Assembly (NCBI GenBank): GCA_943354605.1
Contig: CALRCK010000002.1
Location: 71,186 to 135,185, forward strand
Origin: Candidatus Uhrbacteria bacterium
GTDB lineage: Bacteria; Patescibacteriota; Patescibacteriia; UBA9934
Length of the DNA: 64,000 bases
Direction: 5' to 3'
The notes beneath the pieces were generated by a model. That model was not told the origin of the DNA. It searched no databases and worked only from the letters and a program-made list of their open reading frames with translations. Below are positions 58,654-64,000 of the stretch, piece after piece; positions within the stretch are counted from its first letter, which is position 1; each line of letters begins with the position of its first letter. Made by a program: the position numbers and the translations under genes.

Positions 58654-59346
58654 TTAAACAGTATAGGTTGTTGTCTTAAGTGACTCCGGGATTGTGGAGA
58701 GGATTTCAACGGCCTTCGCAACAGAACGGTCGATGACACCGTGTTCTTCTTTCATGAAGCGATTCAGGACGTAGGTTTCCAGGGAAATATTTTCTGGAGG
58801 TGGATTTACACCAACTTTAACGCGCCAGAAGGTTTGGGATCCAATGTGTTGAATAATAGACTTCAATCCGTTGTGGCCGCCGGCGCCGCCTTCAGATCGA
58901 ACGCGAAGGGTTCCCAGCGCAAGCGCAACGTCGTCGGAAACAACGACTGCGGACTTCGCATCGATATGGAATCGATCCATCACCAATCGCACCGCCTCAC
59001 CAGACGCGTTCATGTACGTGGTCGGTTTCATCAAGAGCATTTTTTGTCCATTGACGTTGCCCTCGGCAATCGTGGATCGCAACGTTGGCTCATGTTTCCA
59101 GCTCAACCCCTTCGCTTTTGCAAACGCATCAACAACCATGAATCCCGCATTGTGGCGCGTGCGGTCGTAATCTTTTCCCGGATTCCCGAGACCAACAATG
59201 AGAACCGCCTCATTTCGTCCATTTTCGGCTTGCTTCCTCGGCGTGATCGACGACGTACCGAGAAGTACGTCTTGACGCTCATGCCTTCGTCGCGCACCGA
59301 AACTGGTCTGAAATGAGACGATTCTCAATTTAGGATCAATCGCCAT
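58654..59346 (-). CDS. pth: Peptidyl-tRNA hydrolase with a 42-aa in-frame insertion near the N-terminus
   Basis: IVGLGNPG, TRHNAGF, KPTTYMNASG, GGHNGLKS; ATG 59346 overlaps the der stop. Confidence 0.93.
   Translation of the reverse strand: MAIDPKLRIVSFQTSFGARRRHERQDVLLGTSSITPRKQAENGRNEAVLIVGLGNPGKDYDRTRHNAGFMVVDAFAKAKGLSWKHEPTLRSTIAEGNVNGQKMLLMKPTTYMNASGEAVRLVMDRFHIDAKSAVVVSDDVALALGTLRVRSEGGAGGHNGLKSIIQHIGSQTFWRVKVGVNPPPENISLETYVLNRFMKEEHGVIDRSVAKAVEILSTIPESLKTTTYTV
59199..59327 (-). repeat. ~125-bp palindromic element, copy 9, inside pth
   Basis: Arms TGAGAATCGTCTCATTTC / GAAATGAGGCGGTTCTCA; core GACGTAC-ttctcg-GTACGT. Confidence 0.9.
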
Positions 59347-60712
59347 AGGTGGTATGCGATTTGCGCGTTGCCGAAACGCGAATGCGAATTGGCGTGCCCA
59401 AGAACTGATACTTTTCACGCATGATGTTTTCAATGAACCGAAGATACGAATCGGCGAGCGAATCTTCGCGCGACAAGTTCACCGTCAGCAAGAACATTGG
59501 CGGATTCACACCAGCCTGATGGAAGCTCGTAATACGAGGATGCTTCACGCCCTTTCCCTTGCTTGGCTTGTGTTTCACGATGGCCTGCGAAATAAACGCC
59601 TTCGTTTCTGCGTCGCTCAAATGGACGAATCGACTCTGGAACACGGTATCGATGGTATCGAAAAGGACATTCGTTCGCTGAGAGTGCAGTGCCGAAACAA
59701 ACACAATCGGTGCATATTTCAAATGCGGCAACAACCCACGCATGTAGCGTTCAACGTCATTGATGGTATTCGGCCCCTTTGCCTCCACCAAATCCCACTT
59801 GTTTGCGACGATAATCACACTCACACCAGCGTCGGCCAACATTCCGGCAAGGTGCTTGTCGTGTGCGGTAATTCCTTTCTTCACGTCGAGCACGAACAGC
59901 GCAACATCAGTCTCCTTCAAAATCTCAATCGTACGCATGACACCCTGCGCCTCAAGGTGGACGCCAGCGTTGCGAATGGTGGCGTTCCGACGAATACCCG
60001 CGGTGTCGATGAACAGATAGTTCTTATCGTTGCGCGTGAGCGGCGCATCGTTTGGTTCGCGGGTGGTGTGCGCGATGTTTGCGGTAATGAAACGCTTTTG
60101 GCCAAGAAGCGCGTTCAGCAACGTGGATTTTCCAACGTTCGGTTCGCCGAGCACTGCAACACGCATCGTTGCAACTTTCGAAATATCCTGCGGCGGCCTA
60201 CCAATCGCAATCAACATGTCGCGCGCAGCATCGAGCGCATCGCCAACACCACTTCCCTGTTTTGCAGAAACACAAATCGGGCGCGGCAATGGCCACGACA
60301 ACCAATCCTTGCCGTCGGCTCGCGCACGGAGCGGCGCAGTGTCTGCCTTGTTGCCCAGGACGAGCACCGGCTTCTTTTTCTTAAACAGCAACTTTGCAAT
60401 CTCCAAATCGTCCGGCGTTGGACCAACCATCATGTCCACCACGAAAAAGATCAAATCGGACTCCTCAATCGCGATTGTTGCTTGCTCCACGATATTCTTT
60501 TCAATTTCATCCGCACGCTCCACATTTAATCCGCCAGTATCCACCAATCGCATCACCTGGGCACGCCAAACACAATCCGCCTCAAACCGATCGCGGGTGG
60601 TACCAGCAACGGTACTCACGAGCGACTTCTGTTCTTCGACCATGCGGTTGAACAACGACGACTTTCCGACGTTGGTTCTGCCGATAATCGCAATTTTTGG
60701 TGGCTGACTCAT
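59336..60712 (-). CDS. der: Ribosome biogenesis GTPase Der (EngA)
   Basis: Two G domains (GRTNVGKS, GEPNVGKS) and a KH-like C-terminus (GTPIRI). Confidence 0.96.
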   Translation of the reverse strand: MSQPPKIAIIGRTNVGKSSLFNRMVEEQKSLVSTVAGTTRDRFEADCVWRAQVMRLVDTGGLNVERADEIEKNIVEQATIAIEESDLIFFVVDMMVGPTPDDLEIAKLLFKKKKPVLVLGNKADTAPLRARADGKDWLSWPLPRPICVSAKQGSGVGDALDAARDMLIAIGRPPQDISKVATMRVAVLGEPNVGKSTLLNALLGQKRFITANIAHTTREPNDAPLTRNDKNYLFIDTAGIRRNATIRNAGVHLEAQGVMRTIEILKETDVALFVLDVKKGITAHDKHLAGMLADAGVSVIIVANKWDLVEAKGPNTINDVERYMRGLLPHLKYAPIVFVSALHSQRTNVLFDTIDTVFQSRFVHLSDAETKAFISQAIVKHKPSKGKGVKHPRITSFHQAGVNPPMFLLTVNLSREDSLADSYLRFIENIMREKYQFLGTPIRIRVSATRKSHTTYGD

Positions 60713-60768
60713 AGGGAAAGAGAAGCGGAACAGTACCATCGCGAATCGATATTGTCGATGCAACGATT

Positions 60769-60896
60769 ATAGAACGTTCTCATTTGCGGCGAGTTTGGGT
60801 GCACGAGGAGCAAAGTTCGCGAGACGTACTTCATGGCTACGTTGAGCGAATTTACGACGAAGCAAACCCAAAATCGACCAAAGGAGGACGTTCTAT
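60769..60896 (+). repeat. ~125-bp palindromic element, copy 10
   Basis: Arms atagaacgttctc / gaggacgttctat; contains the stop codon of the LCP gene. Confidence 0.88.
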
Positions 60897-62377
60897 CGCA
60901 TTACCAAATTCATCCCGTTCTCCCCAATAATAATCAAAAAGTCGATATCTGAACCGGATCGGTCGGGCACCGATCCCAAAGAATCTGGCACGACGGCATC
61001 GGACGAAAGATACCCTTGCGGCGTCATCACAACATCGGCATCAAGGTACTTTTGCAACGACGCAAGCTCCTCAGCCTTCTTGCCGTTCGTGTAATCGAAA
61101 ATCATGGTCTTTGGATAGTTTCGAACGTCGGCGTTACTCACCACCGCGATTGTAAACCCAGAGCTTTCGAGAAGCTCAGCAGTTCGCGCTGCGAGGCCAG
61201 TGGTACTTGTGCCGTTTTGAATTTCAATCCGAACATCGTCGGTGGACGACGGCTTTTCTGGAAGCGCTGCAGACTGGGATGTCGCGACATTGGTCTTGTC
61301 GAAAATATTCGCCGCGATCAATTTCAAATCGCTCCAGTCTTCGTTCCTCGGCAAAAGCACGTACGCGCCGTTGATCATGGTGGAATACAGCGGACTTCCT
61401 GGAGCAGAATCGAGCACGCGCATCACAATCGCCTGACGGTTGATTTTTGGAATGTACTCCGCCAAACGCATCATCTCCCAAATGCTCATGTCGGTATGCA
61501 CGTTGTCGCGAATGGTGGAAAGAATCTTGTTGAGCTTGGCTGGGTTTAACAACACGTTCAGCGAGAGTGCCTTGTCTTTCAGCGCGAGCAGAATTTTTTG
61601 CTGACGTGCCGCGCGAGCGAAGTCGGAACCCTCCCCATTGTCGCCGTGGCGTGACCGGGCGTATTCCAATGCTGTTTCGCCGTTCATCGTTGCCCAACCC
61701 TCAGTGAAAGAAACCGTCTGAACGCTTCCCAAATCATCGTCGAGTGGATACGTGTTGTCCGTAAACGAATTATCGACATACACATCCACACCGCCAACGT
61801 CGTCGATAATATCCTCGAATCCATGAAAATCGACTTTAATCGTGTAATCGACGGTTTGGCCAAGAATATCGTGAATAGTGTTCGCAGCAGCAGTCATTCC
61901 GGATCCGTCAGCATTCATTTCTGCCAACGCATTCACCGCGTTAATCTTGCGGTATCCGTAATTTGGAATATTCACCGTTAAGTCACGAGGGATAGAAATC
62001 ATTCCCACATCGTTCGTTGAGGGCTTGTAGCTTGCGAAAATCATCGTGTCCGTCAGCTCCGGACCGTCATGGCCAGAGCCACCGATTCCAAGAAGAAGCA
62101 CATTGATACGATCCCCATCTTCCCCGTTCAGGGTCTTGTCTGGCGCAGTGACCAGCCGACGCAACGATGAGAACAATGAAAATCCATTTGACGCCTCGGG
62201 TGCCTCTGCTGTTGTTCGAGCGATCCGAGTGCTCGCAAACGCGCCAGCCGCAACCAAAATTACCGCACCAATGCTCAGCATTTTGGTGACGGATCCAATC
62301 TTCGCCCGAGCCTGACGCTCGGAAAGAATTGGAGACGGTTTTGGAAGAAGATCAATGTGCGGTTCGTCAATCGGCAT
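60893..62377 (-). CDS. LCP (LytR-CpsA-Psr) family protein with LytR_C domain
   Basis: INVLLLGI, TDTMI, ISIPRDL, ALEYARSRH, SDFARAARQQ; IEIQNGT..GLA. Confidence 0.93.
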   Translation of the reverse strand: MPIDEPHIDLLPKPSPILSERQARAKIGSVTKMLSIGAVILVAAGAFASTRIARTTAEAPEASNGFSLFSSLRRLVTAPDKTLNGEDGDRINVLLLGIGGSGHDGPELTDTMIFASYKPSTNDVGMISIPRDLTVNIPNYGYRKINAVNALAEMNADGSGMTAAANTIHDILGQTVDYTIKVDFHGFEDIIDDVGGVDVYVDNSFTDNTYPLDDDLGSVQTVSFTEGWATMNGETALEYARSRHGDNGEGSDFARAARQQKILLALKDKALSLNVLLNPAKLNKILSTIRDNVHTDMSIWEMMRLAEYIPKINRQAIVMRVLDSAPGSPLYSTMINGAYVLLPRNEDWSDLKLIAANIFDKTNVATSQSAALPEKPSSTDDVRIEIQNGTSTTGLAARTAELLESSGFTIAVVSNADVRNYPKTMIFDYTNGKKAEELASLQKYLDADVVMTPQGYLSSDAVVPDSLGSVPDRSGSDIDFLIIIGENGMNLVMR

Positions 62378-62485
62378 AGGCAAATCGAACCAGGAAAAGA
62401 TTCTTCAAGAGTATACCGTATTCAGGGATTGAGCAAAACGATCTTGCCCGGTGTTCACGAGAGTGATAGACTCTCACTCGCGTAG

Positions 62486-62571
62486 GCCGCGGTGGCGGAA
62501 TGGTATACGCGACGGACTCAAAATCCGTTTCTCGCAAGGGATTGAGGGTTCGAGTCCCTCCCGCGGCACCA
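62486..62571 (+). tRNA. tRNA-Leu(CAA)
   Basis: Cloverleaf with long variable arm and CCA. Confidence 0.95.
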
Positions 62572-62572
62572 C

Positions 62573-62697
62573 AAGAACTTCACCAATTTGCCTATTTTCG
62601 GCTTACTGCGTCGCACATTCGCTCAACGTACCGAGAAGTACGCCTCGCGAACTGTGCTCCTGGCGCACCGAAACTAGTCTAAATTGGTGAAGTTCTT
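62573..62697 (-). repeat. ~125-bp palindromic element, copy 11 (fills the tRNA-Leu/tRNA-Val spacer)
   Basis: Perfect 17-bp arms aagaacttcaccaattt / aaattggtgaagttctt. Confidence 0.9.
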
Positions 62698-62702
62698 CTC
62701 AG

Positions 62703-62779
62703 GGATGTTTAGCTCAGCTGGTTAGAGCGCTGTCCTCACACGACAGAGGTCGGTGGTTCGAACCCACCAACATCCACCA
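62703..62779 (+). tRNA. tRNA-Val(CAC)
   Basis: Cloverleaf with anticodon CAC and CCA. Confidence 0.95.
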
Positions 62780-62898
62780 AAACGATCCCAAGCCATTGGG
62801 GTCGTTTTGAATTTATAGACATATTCTTCTCTAACATTAGCCAATAACCCCCCTCAAACCTGCCCAAGAATCTCGTGCTGTGCTATCATGCCGCCATT

Positions 62899-63363
62899 AT
62901 GACGCTCACAACCCACGCGGCCATTGGCGCTGCAATCGGTAGCGCGGTCGGAAATCCGGTCCTTGGGTTCACCCTAGGGGCCGCATCGCACTTCCTGGTG
63001 GACATGATTCCTCATGGAGACAATCAACTTGCAGACCTTTTCCGGGTCCACAAAAAGAAACGGAAGCTTGCCGTGGCGTACGTCATGGTGGACGCCGTTG
63101 TGGCAATGTACATGGTGATGGCGGTATTCCTCGTACGAACCGATGCAACGCACCTCGCGTTTGCTGCAGCCATTAGCGGAAGCATTCTGCCAGACATGCT
63201 CGTTGGACTGAGCGATATCTTCCATACCAAAGCGCTCCGCGTGTTCTGCAAAATTCATTTCTTCTTTCACGACTTCTTTTCCCGCAAATACGGCGATGTA
63301 AAGCTCCAGTACGCCCTTGTTGGCCAGGCAATCTTCGTCGCATTCCTCCTGAAACACATCTAG
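62899..63363 (+). CDS. Hypothetical membrane protein (His-rich, metal-dependent hydrolase-like)
   Basis: TTHAAIG, SHFLVDMIPHGD, SILPD. Confidence 0.75.
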   Translation: MTLTTHAAIGAAIGSAVGNPVLGFTLGAASHFLVDMIPHGDNQLADLFRVHKKKRKLAVAYVMVDAVVAMYMVMAVFLVRTDATHLAFAAAISGSILPDMLVGLSDIFHTKALRVFCKIHFFFHDFFSRKYGDVKLQYALVGQAIFVAFLLKHI

Positions 63364-63431
63364 AACCAAAAAGACTCACCACACATCGGTGAGCCTTTAC
63401 ATTGTCGCCGTAGTCCAAATGGGGTCCAAAT

Positions 63432-63528
63432 GGGGTCAGGTCGTTTATTGCTAGATTTTAAAATATGATTCGACATTGTCGGAATTCTTGATCTCTTTTC
63501 GATATACTACATCAAACGACCTGACCCC
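63432..63528. repeat. 15-bp perfect inverted repeat around an AT-rich spacer
   Basis: ggggtcaggtcgttt (63432-63446) / aaacgacctgacccc (63514-63528). Confidence 0.6.
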
Positions 63529-64000
63529 TTAAAAACTCACCATCGTGACCCCAAGCACAATCGCACCCATGATGAGCATCCCACCAACGAGCGCCGGCCA
63601 GGAACGTTTCCAGGAAATCTTGAGCGCAACCGCGGCAAGCGCACCAGTCCAAATGCCGCCACCAGGAAGAGGAATCGCGCTCAACACGACGAGAGCGACG
63701 ATGCCATAGCGCTCGTACTGTTTTCCAAGCCTGCGATGCGCGTGGTCAATAGCACGATCAAGCCATGTCGTCATCCACGAAGCAGATTTCGCCGCCCATG
63801 ATCGGAACCACTGAAAGCCAAAGAAGATTGGTGCGATCGGAATGGCGTTTCCGATCATCGCAAGAACGTACGCCACGATCGGAGAAAGATGCCATGAAAG
63901 AATTGCGACAGGAATCGTTAACCGACATTCCGTGATTGGCAATGCCGAAAGAACGATGGTTGCAAGCCACGGCGGGATCAATTGCGCCCAGCGAAAGAGT
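63529..64000 (-). CDS. Small multidrug export family protein (COG2426-like); start probably beyond the window
   Basis: SALPITECRLTIP, AIPLPGGGIWTGALAA. Confidence 0.8.
   Translation of the reverse strand, partial: LFRWAQLIPPWLATIVLSALPITECRLTIPVAILSWHLSPIVAYVLAMIGNAIPIAPIFFGFQWFRSWAAKSASWMTTWLDRAIDHAHRRLGKQYERYGIVALVVLSAIPLPGGGIWTGALAAVALKISWKRSWPALVGGMLIMGAIVLGVTMVSF

Noticed and set aside
7781-62697. The 125-bp palindromes as integron attC sites
   Set aside because: No RYYYAAC/GTTRRRY cores, no intI, mixed orientation, and they flank housekeeping genes and tRNAs.
1-64000. Alternative genetic code (UGA=Gly as in Gracilibacteria/Absconditabacteria)
   Set aside because: Conserved genes such as ftsA and nrdR end at TGA at the expected length, and no core gene is broken by TGA.

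Overview
Bacterial chromosomal segment that reads as a Patescibacteria/CPR (Parcubacteria, Uhrbacteria-like) genome; the taxonomy is inferred from gene content and style. Translation uses standard code 11. The moderate-GC backbone carries housekeeping genes (smpB, tmRNA, infC-rpmI-rplT, pyk, nrdR, ftsA, ftsZ, ybeY, hflX, rpsU, hisS, lepB, pth, der, four tRNAs), surface and glycan genes, and a 3240-aa pilin-anchored adhesin. Three features stand out. (1) Seven stand-alone, very GC-rich genes, several with myxobacterial-style repeats and mostly lipoproteins, are embedded in the backbone. Six have an AT-rich sigma70 promoter, a long leader and a Shine-Dalgarno site that the backbone genes I checked lack, and all seven end in a related 3' hairpin module with ACGC in the loop. 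(2) A ~125-bp palindromic element occurs in 11 copies with a conserved core and covarying arms; one copy sits in frame inside pth. (3) There are further non-coding repeats: a ~380-bp inverted pair, a tRNA-Asp 3'-end duplication enclosing a structured insert, and three REP-like families. I found no CRISPR array, integrase, transposase or rRNA.
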